Source: a virus (Duplodnaviria > Caudoviricetes). Taken from it: a stretch of DNA of 34,558 bases. This document shows, piece by piece, positions 14,633 to 23,077 of the stretch. The position numbers were made by a program, and so were the translations under genes. Below the pieces are notes generated by a model. It searched no databases, was not told the origin of the DNA, and saw only the letters and a program-made list of their open reading frames with translations. How positions within the stretch are numbered: position 1 is the stretch's first letter; every line of letters begins with the position of its first letter. The stretch is taken from IMG/VR virus record IMGVR_UViG_3300020716_000022, positions 1 to 34,558 of that record; one strand, written 5' to 3'.

Positions 14633-14986
14633 TTAGTGTAAGAATTTAAGTTTATATTTAGTTCCTTCAACTAATGCTACAATTTCATCTATTTGATTTT
14701 GTATGTAAGAGTCTTGAGGTATGGTTTTTCTTGCAGTTTCAACGTATCTGCAAAGAGCTTCAAAATAATTTACTACTTGATCATCCTCTTTGAAAGAAGA
14801 TGGGCTAGTATAATCTCTAATTATACCGTATCTACCTTGATAAGTTTCTACTAAAGAATCTATTAACTCTAAAAACTCATCATAAAATTCATTTAAAGCT
14901 TTATGAGTTGCATAGGAAGAAGTTTGCCAGTGAAAGATATGAGCTTGTTGCCTAGCTGCTAATAAAGTAGATATAAACTGTTCCAT
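14633..14986 (-). CDS. Ferritin/Dps-like four-helix protein (DUF5856-like)
   Basis: AHIFHWQT.SYATHKAL.EFYD...IDSLVETYQG resembles the Dps H-W...H...D...E pattern. Confidence 0.7.
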   Translation of the reverse strand: MEQFISTLLAARQQAHIFHWQTSSYATHKALNEFYDEFLELIDSLVETYQGRYGIIRDYTSPSSFKEDDQVVNYFEALCRYVETARKTIPQDSYIQNQIDEIVALVEGTKYKLKFLH

Positions 14987-15652
14987 TTACTTCTTTTCTG
15001 CTTTCTTCGGTAAAGGTTTTTTAGAATTTTCTACCATTTTACGTTTCTCACTTAAGTGTTTTATCCTTTCCATCTTAAGTTTTGCTTGAGAATGATGACT
15101 TTCTGCTATGTCAGGAGTTTTTATAGCCTCTTCTAAATGATGTTTTACTTCTTTATGTAATTTTGAAATATGTTTATTTAGTTTATTTACTACCTGTGCT
15201 TTTTTCTCTTCTAATTTATTTAATTTTTTACGGTGTTCTCTTATAGCACTTTCAGCTTCTAGATTAGCTTCATCTTTCTCACCATAAACTCCATGAACTC
15301 CCATAGGATTAATGTGCCCCATACCAAAAGCATGTGTTTTTTGAATTATATTTTCAGGTTCAGAATCAGCTTTAGGTTTTAACACTACAAAAATATCTCC
15401 TATTTTATCTTCACATCCTGGATGGGGTGCTGGATTGGGGTGAGAATACGGATCTTCTGGTGAATCTTGAACTACTAACTGTTCATTTTCTTTTAATGTT
15501 TTAGATTCTTTTTCGGTTTTATCATCTGCATGAATATGTAATGCAGCTAAATATTTAGCTAAAGCTTCTTTAGTGCCTTCTGTGGAGCCTACTTTTTTAC
15601 CGTTTTTGTAAACTTCGTATTCATCTCCTACTTTTTCGTGGGTGTATGGCAT
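14987..15652 (-). CDS. Hypothetical protein, coiled-coil C-terminus
   Basis: 221-aa ORF abutting its neighbours; TATTTATA motif about 24 nt upstream, inside the previous gene's 3' end. Confidence 0.65.
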   Translation of the reverse strand: MPYTHEKVGDEYEVYKNGKKVGSTEGTKEALAKYLAALHIHADDKTEKESKTLKENEQLVVQDSPEDPYSHPNPAPHPGCEDKIGDIFVVLKPKADSEPENIIQKTHAFGMGHINPMGVHGVYGEKDEANLEAESAIREHRKKLNKLEEKKAQVVNKLNKHISKLHKEVKHHLEEAIKTPDIAESHHSQAKLKMERIKHLSEKRKMVENSKKPLPKKAEKK

Positions 15653-15661
15653 ATGTATGAA

Positions 15662-16243
15662 TTATGATTCTTTTTTATAAATATCTGTATTTTTTAATTT
15701 TTGAATTTGTTCTTTAACTTGTTTATATATTTCTTTTTTATCTCCTCCGTTCCAAGTTTCTACTTCCCCAGATTCAGATACAAAAGTATCTTTTTGATCA
15801 ACCCATTCATCTAAAATTGCTTCTAAATCTATTAACTGTGCGTCTTTATTAGCATTCATCATTTTAGATTCGTATTCTTCCCACTTCCCCTCTCTTTTTA
15901 TTGCAGCTTCCATGTCTATAACACAATCAAAACACATTTTATGTATTCCCCACATCTTTTTATTGATGTTATTTATTTGCATTAGCTTGTTACATTTTGG
16001 GCAACATAGAGGTAGAACAACTAATTTCTTTAGAGAATCTAATTTAGTTATAGTTTGTTTTAAACCGTTCTTTATAGTCCATTCTTTTCCATTTTCTTCC
16101 CAAATGTCTCCTTCTTTATGCCTTTGATGATTCTTTTCCCAACCAGTTTGTAGTTGAGTTTTATCTCCTACATTACCTGTTATTAAATTTCTCATTCTTT
16201 GCACATCTTTGGGTGCAAATTCTTTTTTTAGATTGTTATCCAT
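15662..16243 (-). CDS. Hypothetical protein with CxxC...CxxC zinc ribbon
   Basis: CPKC...CFDC; HKEGDIWEENGKEWTIKNG. Confidence 0.7.
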   Translation of the reverse strand: MDNNLKKEFAPKDVQRMRNLITGNVGDKTQLQTGWEKNHQRHKEGDIWEENGKEWTIKNGLKQTITKLDSLKKLVVLPLCCPKCNKLMQINNINKKMWGIHKMCFDCVIDMEAAIKREGKWEEYESKMMNANKDAQLIDLEAILDEWVDQKDTFVSESGEVETWNGGDKKEIYKQVKEQIQKLKNTDIYKKES

Positions 16244-16255
16244 GTTCCGTAATCT

Positions 16256-17152
16256 TTATTTAATTGTTTTAGACAGTTTATAAACATCTAATAGGTGTTT
16301 TCCGTATAGTTTTAACTGCGATTTTATGACTTTGTTATCTCCTTCAGGTCCTAACTTTTGTGCATCTTTTAATCCTTTGACTAATTCATTCACATAAGTA
16401 GTTTTAGGGACTTCATCTAAGAAATTTTTCTTATCTATTACTGTATAAGTTACAGCTTCATAGTCATTTCCATCTAAATCAGTTACTCTTATACCTATTC
16501 TTTCGTATCCTCCCTCTTGTTTGTCTAATTCTTGAAAATCTAAGTTTCCTATAGTGTATAATATACCAAATACCTTTAGGCTAGGAGCCTCTACTATATC
16601 AGATACTACACTACTTTTGTTTGTTATAGAAGTTTTATCAAAAGTCAAGTCCCATCCTTTAGCAAGTACTAATTTTTGTGCTTTTGCAGAACTATATTTG
16701 GCTTCAAAAGCTTCTATATGCATATTTCTTCCATATGCAAAATAGTATTTATCTGTTTCTCTAGCTTCTGAAAGCTTTTTAGGATTGTCTAAATCATATA
16801 CACTATAGTTTAGCTTCCCATAGTCCCTCATTAATATACCGGCCATTGCATTTGCCTCATCTTCTATGTCAGATCCAGTATCACCAGAGCCTTTTTGTAT
16901 CATATTCAACTCATTTTGTCTATGATGAGTCAATTCATGAGCTAAACTTCTGCAGATATCAGCTAAATTACGATTCAAAATGAAAACTTTTATCTCATTT
17001 CCTTCACTCGGATTATAAGAGCCAAAAGATCTGTTATTAGATACAAAAGATGTATCTTTTATAAGTTTTATAGGAGGTAGAGATTGTATGTTAAGCTCTT
17101 TTTTACAGAACTTTATGAAATCTTTTAGTATATCTAATTTTTTGTTATCCAT
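16256..17152 (-). CDS. Fusion of HExxH zincin-like metallopeptidase and gamma-glutamylcyclotransferase (GGCT/AIG2-like) domain
   Basis: N-half RSLAHELTHHRQ...EDEANA; C-half YYFAYGRNM...GWDLTF...VFGILY...LDKQEGGYER. Confidence 0.8.
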   Translation of the reverse strand: MDNKKLDILKDFIKFCKKELNIQSLPPIKLIKDTSFVSNNRSFGSYNPSEGNEIKVFILNRNLADICRSLAHELTHHRQNELNMIQKGSGDTGSDIEDEANAMAGILMRDYGKLNYSVYDLDNPKKLSEARETDKYYFAYGRNMHIEAFEAKYSSAKAQKLVLAKGWDLTFDKTSITNKSSVVSDIVEAPSLKVFGILYTIGNLDFQELDKQEGGYERIGIRVTDLDGNDYEAVTYTVIDKKNFLDEVPKTTYVNELVKGLKDAQKLGPEGDNKVIKSQLKLYGKHLLDVYKLSKTIK

Positions 17153-17735
17153 TTTGATTACTTTTTATATTTTTAGTAGATAACATTTTGAATATTTTGG
17201 GTGCCATTCCTTTATTGTACGCTACAGTAGGTATAGTCTGTTTAAAAGTCTCATAATCACCAATACTTCTTACTTGAGTAGAGGTTACTATGCCATTTTC
17301 TTTAGGAAAAATAACTTCTTTAACTCTTTCAGCTCCATATTTGTTTTGAAGAGCTTGTAAATACCCTTGATCATCATCTTCTCCTACAGCCACATATATT
17401 GACGTAGAGGAAGGTTTACCATCTAGGTAGTGTATTACATCAACTACAGGAGAAACTTCGTCTGAGAGCTTTATTTTAACCTTTACGGTTGGATCTGATT
17501 CCATATACATATTCCATATGTCAACAGACTCTTCACCGGTAATATTATCTATAGTTTTATTACTTACTATTACTTCCACTTGTTGTAAGTAAGGTTTAGA
17601 TATCAAATATTTTAAAGCATCATAATGTCCTTTATTAGGCGGTTTAAATTTACCTACATAAAAGCATTTACCAGGAGAAAAGTTATTTACTATTTCTTTT
17701 ACTATATTTTTTGCTAAATATTCACTTGTAAACAT
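17145..17735 (-). CDS. Cytidylyltransferase-like (HIGH-superfamily nucleotidyltransferase)
   Basis: FYVGKFKPPNKGH (HxGH variant) and VTSTQVR (SxT-x-x-R motif). Confidence 0.75.
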   Translation of the reverse strand: MFTSEYLAKNIVKEIVNNFSPGKCFYVGKFKPPNKGHYDALKYLISKPYLQQVEVIVSNKTIDNITGEESVDIWNMYMESDPTVKVKIKLSDEVSPVVDVIHYLDGKPSSTSIYVAVGEDDDQGYLQALQNKYGAERVKEVIFPKENGIVTSTQVRSIGDYETFKQTIPTVAYNKGMAPKIFKMLSTKNIKSNQNG

Positions 17736-17753
17736 ATATAATAAATAGTTAGA

Positions 17754-18392
17754 CTATTTACTTACAATTTCATTAAGTTTATTTTGTAATTCTTTCATAT
17801 ATTCTATGGATATATCAATTTTTTCTTTCATGTAAGTTATTTCCTCCTCATTTCTATCTAATCTAAAAATATATAGCATGTGATTTAGTTCTACTCTAGG
17901 ATCATAACTTATAAAATCACACCATTTTGCTCCTGTGCATATCATATGAGACATGCATTGATAATAATAAGGAGTAGCTACATCTTTAAAGTCTTCTGGT
18001 GAAGATATTAGCCCGTGTTTTAGATGATTTATAGAGTTTATAGGTACTTTTATCTCAATACAACCATCTGGGCTTACTATTCCATCTGGAGAACCTCCAT
18101 AATAATCATTTACTTGTATAAAAGAGGCTTTATCTACCTTAATTCCTCTGATTTTTTCATATACTTCTACTACATCATCCTCTAATTCTGTCCCTCTTTC
18201 TAGTCCGGGCCCTGATGCTTGGTTATTTACTCCTCCTAATAACTCAGATATGTTGGTAAGTAGGTAGGTTTTAGCGGTTTCAGATAGCAATTCTGATTTA
18301 CTTTTAGGTTTTCCCATTATTTTATGTATTTCTGAACTGGTTATTTTACCTTTTCTTATGTTAAACCATTCCTCTGATCTTTGTTCTATCAT
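17754..18392 (-). CDS. YqaJ/lambda-exonuclease family nuclease
   Basis: EQRSEEWFNIRKGKITSS, GTELE, GGSPDG, IEIKVP, YYYQC, WCDFISYDPR. Confidence 0.9.
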   Translation of the reverse strand: MIEQRSEEWFNIRKGKITSSEIHKIMGKPKSKSELLSETAKTYLLTNISELLGGVNNQASGPGLERGTELEDDVVEVYEKIRGIKVDKASFIQVNDYYGGSPDGIVSPDGCIEIKVPINSINHLKHGLISSPEDFKDVATPYYYQCMSHMICTGAKWCDFISYDPRVELNHMLYIFRLDRNEEEITYMKEKIDISIEYMKELQNKLNEIVSK

Positions 18393-19324
18393 ATTTTTGA
18401 TGTTTTTAATAATAAATCTTTAAATGTTAATTTTTTTGCATTGTGTAGTTGCTTTGTCATAGCTTCAAAACCTATTTTAGAAGGGTCTTTACCTTCTAAC
18501 TCGATTAAATAAACTTCTTTTCCTAAATCAATTAATTCTTTTGAGTAGGCTAAAGCTTCTTTTAAAGCATCATTGTCTAAAGCTAAGTATACTGTTTTAA
18601 CTTGGGGGTTTATTAACTTTATTTTGAGTTTTTTTGAAATAGTTTTACCAAATAAAGGTACAGCATTTCTTTTTATAGCTATAGCATCAAAGGATCCTTC
18701 ACATAACATAACCGGAACATTCCAATTTATAAAATATTCAAATCCTATTATTTCATTCTTATTGCATTGAGGAGCATTATATTTATATTCAGCATTTTCA
18801 TCTAAACTTCTAGATACAAAATAATTCAAGTCCCCGTTATAATCATAAGAGGGTATTATAATAGAGTTTTTATATTTACCTTCTTTACAATATCCTATAT
18901 TATATTTTAATATGTCAGAATAGCTTATATCCCTTCCTTTTAAGTAATCTGTTACTTTTTTATATAATTCGTCTTTTTCACAATCCTTAGATAGGGAAAT
19001 GAACTCTTCAGGCAAAGATACTGTCTCAAAAGTAAAAGATTTCTTAATTTTTTTAGGAGCAGTAGAAGGAAAATACATCTGCATTTCCTTTATTTTTTCA
19101 GGTTTAGCCTTTAATTTCTTTAATAAACTGACTAAATTGTGTCCTTTAGTTGCAGGATTACAAGTCCAACAATTATATAAGCCTTCAGAAGGGTTTATTT
19201 CTAATTTAGGCTTGTGGTGATTACAAAAAGGACAATGAAATGCATAATTATCTTTAGAAGATGGTTTATAATCTCCTAAAATTGTTTTTAAAAGTCCTAA
19301 AACTAAATTTTTATTATTCATCAT
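18389..19324 (-). CDS. DNA primase (CHC2 zinc finger plus TOPRIM, DnaG-type)
   Basis: CPFCNH...CWTC, IIIP...YFVSR, KYNAP, LCEGSFDA, LALDND, KDP. Confidence 0.9.
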   Translation of the reverse strand: MMNNKNLVLGLLKTILGDYKPSSKDNYAFHCPFCNHHKPKLEINPSEGLYNCWTCNPATKGHNLVSLLKKLKAKPEKIKEMQMYFPSTAPKKIKKSFTFETVSLPEEFISLSKDCEKDELYKKVTDYLKGRDISYSDILKYNIGYCKEGKYKNSIIIPSYDYNGDLNYFVSRSLDENAEYKYNAPQCNKNEIIGFEYFINWNVPVMLCEGSFDAIAIKRNAVPLFGKTISKKLKIKLINPQVKTVYLALDNDALKEALAYSKELIDLGKEVYLIELEGKDPSKIGFEAMTKQLHNAKKLTFKDLLLKTSKI

Positions 19325-19369
19325 ATCAAATATGATGCAATATAAGCATTTTTTTGTAATGTAAAAAGT

Positions 19370-19795
19370 TTATTTTATTTCAGATAACCATTCTTCAGGC
19401 AGGTCATTAGAGAATTTAGTCCATTTATATCCCATTTTAGTTGCTACATCTGCATAAGTAGTCTTACTTTTTTTAGTTATTTTTGTATTAGGATTCATAA
19501 AAACTATCCTTATATCTAAATTTGGGTTATCCTCTTTTACCCACTTCATTTTTTTTCTTTCAGAGGCGGGCCAGTAACCTTTTGTTTCAATATACATTTT
19601 TGTTTCATCTTTTTTAATTAAAACAAAGTCTGGAGTGTATGTTCTTTCTTTTGCAGGTTCTTTAAACTTCAATTTTTCTTTTTCGTAGGTAAATTCTATG
19701 TTTTTTTCTTGTAGAAATTGAGACATATTGTCTTCTAATCCACTTCTATATCCTTTTTTTACTGCTAAAGTTCTTACATTGACCTTTTTTTTCAT
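19370..19795 (-). CDS. T7 endonuclease I-like Holliday junction resolvase
   Basis: GYRSGLE...FTYE...TYTPDF...YIETKG...DIRIVF...KSKTTYA matches T7 gp3 family motifs. Confidence 0.88.
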   Translation of the reverse strand: MKKKVNVRTLAVKKGYRSGLEDNMSQFLQEKNIEFTYEKEKLKFKEPAKERTYTPDFVLIKKDETKMYIETKGYWPASERKKMKWVKEDNPNLDIRIVFMNPNTKITKKSKTTYADVATKMGYKWTKFSNDLPEEWLSEIK

Positions 19796-19804
19796 AATAT
19801 TATT

Positions 19805-19826
19805 ATTATACGAATTTTTTTCGTAT
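19805..19826 (-). promoter_or_regulatory. Small hairpin overlapping a TATAAT -10-like element upstream of the DNA-metabolism block
   Basis: ATACGAA 19808-14/TTCGTAT 19820-26; minus-strand TATAAT at 19805-19810. Confidence 0.35.
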
Positions 19827-20200
19827 TAAGTGTCATATCTAACTATAAAAGTTACATCAGTATTTGGAGGAATTGGGTGGGGGGAAGCTAATTTACCTAC
19901 TACTAAGAGGTCATTAGTTTCATTATATAATCCTATGGTAGTTGCATAAGGCATAAAACTTGATCCTGTAACTGCATCTATTAAAGTACCATCTATTATT
20001 TGTGCGGTAGTATTTGTTTGACCATATGCTCCAAAAAAAGGCAAGGCTGCTGATCCTGTTATTAATACTCTATTTTTAAATACGGTAGGATTTTGAGAAT
20101 AATTAAAATCATTTTCTAAAACCCTACATTTTATCTCTTTTTGATAAATAGTAGTTTCACTAGTTAAGCTTAATACATATGGTACATTTGAAAATGGCAT
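19826..20200 (-). CDS. Virion structural protein; resembles the C-terminal part of the 23078-24154 protein
   Basis: NDFNYSQNPT...PYATTIGLYNETNDLLVVGKLASP...FIVRYD versus GDYNYTSNPT...FPTTIGLYNNNTDLLAVAKLSQP...VRIKLD. Confidence 0.75.
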   Translation of the reverse strand: MPFSNVPYVLSLTSETTIYQKEIKCRVLENDFNYSQNPTVFKNRVLITGSAALPFFGAYGQTNTTAQIIDGTLIDAVTGSSFMPYATTIGLYNETNDLLVVGKLASPHPIPPNTDVTFIVRYDT

Positions 20201-20215
20201 AATTTTATATTATTT

Positions 20216-20806
20216 TTAACAAGTAGTTAAGGTTCCTGAACCATCATCTACAACATTTAAATACACTGTTGTGGAAGAAGTTATTGTAAATTTATATGGA
20301 GAAGATTCGCCACAATATACATAAGAAGGTGCTAATCCATTTCCAACGTTAAATCGTGTATTTACTGCACTTGAATTCAAAACTCCTATCCATAAAGAAG
20401 AATTATTAGACACACTTATACTAGACGGATTAGCTGAAGTGTAATATCCTCCCGTTCCTAAAGTAGTAGTACTTCCCATTGTCCAACTAGTTCCTGAATT
20501 AGTGCTATAAACTATTTTACCTACAGGAGTTCCACTACTACCTGCTGCTATTCTCCACTGAAATGAAATTGTATAGTTTGGAGGAGCAGTTATTGTTGAT
20601 TTAACTAATATTTGATTGTTAGAAGCTGCTATGTAGCCTGCATTAGTAGTATCATTATTAATATAAGTAGTCAGTTGACTTTTTTGTATTAATTGATTAG
20701 ATACGGGTATTGAAGAAGTAGTGCTTGTAAACACAGAAGTATTAACTGCATCTTGTAAATCATTAAAAGATACTCCTTGATTAGTTGCTAATGCTACCCA
20801 ACTCAT
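20216..20806 (-). CDS. Putative tail-fibre-associated beta-rich protein
   Basis: S/T/G-rich 196 aa directly downstream of the tail fibre; YSTNSGTSW (Asp-box-like). Confidence 0.55.
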   Translation of the reverse strand: MSWVALATNQGVSFNDLQDAVNTSVFTSTTSSIPVSNQLIQKSQLTTYINNDTTNAGYIAASNNQILVKSTITAPPNYTISFQWRIAAGSSGTPVGKIVYSTNSGTSWTMGSTTTLGTGGYYTSANPSSISVSNNSSLWIGVLNSSAVNTRFNVGNGLAPSYVYCGESSPYKFTITSSTTVYLNVVDDGSGTLTTC

Positions 20807-20808
20807 TT

Positions 20809-22413
20809 TTATTTATTAGTAATATCCGATATTATATCTTTTAACTTTTGTATTTCACCTTTTAAATACTCAATTTGTAAAGTATGTAATTCAGTATAAT
20901 TTAAAGATTTATATCCATTTTCTTTTATAATAACCAATTCGGGATAATATTTTTCTACCTGCTGTGCCGAATGACCATAATGTACTTTATCATCTATTTT
21001 GTCTTTCCAGGTATAAGAAAGAGTTTCTATTTGTCTTAATTTATTTAAATCTATTGGAGTAGATAATACTTCTTTTAAATTTATATCTGAACTATTATAA
21101 AATCCTAATGCTGTTATGTTTCCTGTGATATTTCCACTACCTGATACATTTAAAGATCCTGTAATATTTACACTACCTGTAAAAGTTTGAGTATTAGATA
21201 AACTATTACCAAATATATTACTACCACTACTGTACTCTATAGAAGAAGTTACTGTTTGAACTACTAAAGTTTGAGCTGTTATAGTACCACTAAATAAAGC
21301 TGAAGAAGCTGTTAATTGTCCTATGGCATAGTTGTTAGAAGAATTTAAAGTATTTGAACTACTAGCAACTAAAGAATAAGAAGATGTTGTAGCATAAGAT
21401 GCACTTAAAGATTGATTTGAGTAAGAAGCAGTGCCTTGCAGTGATGCTGTAATACTATTACTTAAAGCCCAAGTTACTGTACCATTAGCTGATTGAGTAA
21501 TTGTTATACCAGATCCTGTTGAATAGACTGGTGTTACTGTCCACCAATTTGTAGAGGATTTAGCTGCTAAAGCTATAGTAGCATAAGCAGGTAAAGCTGT
21601 GGGAAAGTTTACTGATGAGTTTTCTATAGAACTACCATTAGAAGGATATACTTGTATGGTATTTGAAGTATTATTTGTTATACTTATTTCTCTACCGGGT
21701 GTTATTGAAGGTAATATTACCCCGCCTGTTCCAGAAGATACATAAGTATTATCTGCAACTACTGTAGTAGCACTTGATTGACCGCTTCCAGAAGCTGCTA
21801 CGTTTTGAGTAGAAAATAGAATATACCCTGTTGGGTTAAAAGCTAAACTTCCTGATATGATTTCAGATCCAATAATGGTTTCATTTCCTACTAAAGATAT
21901 TGATCCTGTTACTCCTAAAGATCCTGTTATAAGAGTATTACCATAAACATCCAAAGATGCAGAAGGTGAGAATTTATTTATCCCAACATTACCACCTGAA
22001 GGATTAATAACCAATGGATTATAGGTAGAACCTTGTGTAAGAGATTGTATACTAGCATAACTAGATGTTGTATTATATCCTATTAATAAAGATTGGTTGT
22101 TATTAGTATATCCTTGTATTTGTAATTGAGATGCATTAGATGAAGTACTATTTCCTATTATATTTAAAGGAGTAGTATTATTTCCAGACAGGCTAAATTT
22201 ACCTTGAGATCCTATTACAATTCCTGGGGTATATATTGCGGAAGCGGTGACAGCTCCTGAAAAAGAACCTCCATAAACAGTGGTTACATTAGCTCCTGAT
22301 AAGGTGAAATAGTTACCAGAAGTTGCTATAGATTGACTTAAATATGTGAAATTACCATCTAACTCTGTGAAAGTTAAAGCAGCTCCTTTTGTTTGTCTGA
22401 GTACTAATGCCAT
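20809..22413 (-). CDS. Tail fibre with C-terminal intramolecular chaperone (peptidase S74/endosialidase-chaperone-like)
   Basis: N-terminal LRQTKGAALTFTELDGNF, GGNVGI fibre repeat, then SSDINLKE autocleavage motif, YTWK, GHSAQQVE..YPELV, LNYTEL and a terminal coiled coil. Confidence 0.85.
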   Translation of the reverse strand: MALVLRQTKGAALTFTELDGNFTYLSQSIATSGNYFTLSGANVTTVYGGSFSGAVTASAIYTPGIVIGSQGKFSLSGNNTTPLNIIGNSTSSNASQLQIQGYTNNNQSLLIGYNTTSSYASIQSLTQGSTYNPLVINPSGGNVGINKFSPSASLDVYGNTLITGSLGVTGSISLVGNETIIGSEIISGSLAFNPTGYILFSTQNVAASGSGQSSATTVVADNTYVSSGTGGVILPSITPGREISITNNTSNTIQVYPSNGSSIENSSVNFPTALPAYATIALAAKSSTNWWTVTPVYSTGSGITITQSANGTVTWALSNSITASLQGTASYSNQSLSASYATTSSYSLVASSSNTLNSSNNYAIGQLTASSALFSGTITAQTLVVQTVTSSIEYSSGSNIFGNSLSNTQTFTGSVNITGSLNVSGSGNITGNITALGFYNSSDINLKEVLSTPIDLNKLRQIETLSYTWKDKIDDKVHYGHSAQQVEKYYPELVIIKENGYKSLNYTELHTLQIEYLKGEIQKLKDIISDITNK

Positions 22414-22451
22414 TATTGTATTTTATATATAAATATACTTATTAATAATTA

Positions 22452-23048
22452 TTAAGGTATTATATTTATATAATCTTGATTGGTTATTATAACCATTCCT
22501 TGAGCATATATAATATTACCTACTTGAGTTTTACCTTGATAAGAGTACCCTAAAGGTCCTTCTGGTGTAAAGTATCCACTAGCCACATAATAACCTCCTC
22601 CTAAGTCTAAAATATTTCCATTCCCATCATCAACTATATTATAATTAGAAGAACTTATGTTAAAACTTTTTCTACTTATTTTTTCCCCAAATACACTTCT
22701 AGGAATAGACATAACAGTTACTGTAGCTCCTGATTGTGTTGGAAAATACCTAACATCTGCATCTAAAGTGCCAGAAGCTGCTGTAGATTGTAAAGAATTA
22801 TCTATGCTAGAACTAGTTGATAAATAAGATCCTGTTAAAAAATTAGAATAGTATAAATTACGTATAGATACATAGTTTATATAACTTTGATTAAAATCTT
22901 GAATACCAACAGAAGGAGTGTTTGAACCACTCCAAACTGTTATTCCTACCCCAGATAAAGAAGAACTAGCATAACTTGAAGTATACTTTAGCTTTATAGG
23001 AGTAGTTATTACATCAGATATCAATAAACTGTTAGATGCTCTACTCAT
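22452..23048 (-). CDS. Virion structural protein; resembles the N-terminal/central part of the 23078-24154 protein
   Basis: SIPRSVFGEKISRKSFNIS...IVDDGNGNI...GNIIYAQGMVIITN versus NVDRNRYKQSLFPGTFNLS...LCDNS...GLFLPDIGTIILN. Confidence 0.65.
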   Translation of the reverse strand: MSRASNSLLISDVITTPIKLKYTSSYASSSLSGVGITVWSGSNTPSVGIQDFNQSYINYVSIRNLYYSNFLTGSYLSTSSSIDNSLQSTAASGTLDADVRYFPTQSGATVTVMSIPRSVFGEKISRKSFNISSSNYNIVDDGNGNILDLGGGYYVASGYFTPEGPLGYSYQGKTQVGNIIYAQGMVIITNQDYINIIP

Positions 23049-23077
23049 TTATTTATTTTAATAGTCTAATTTAATCC

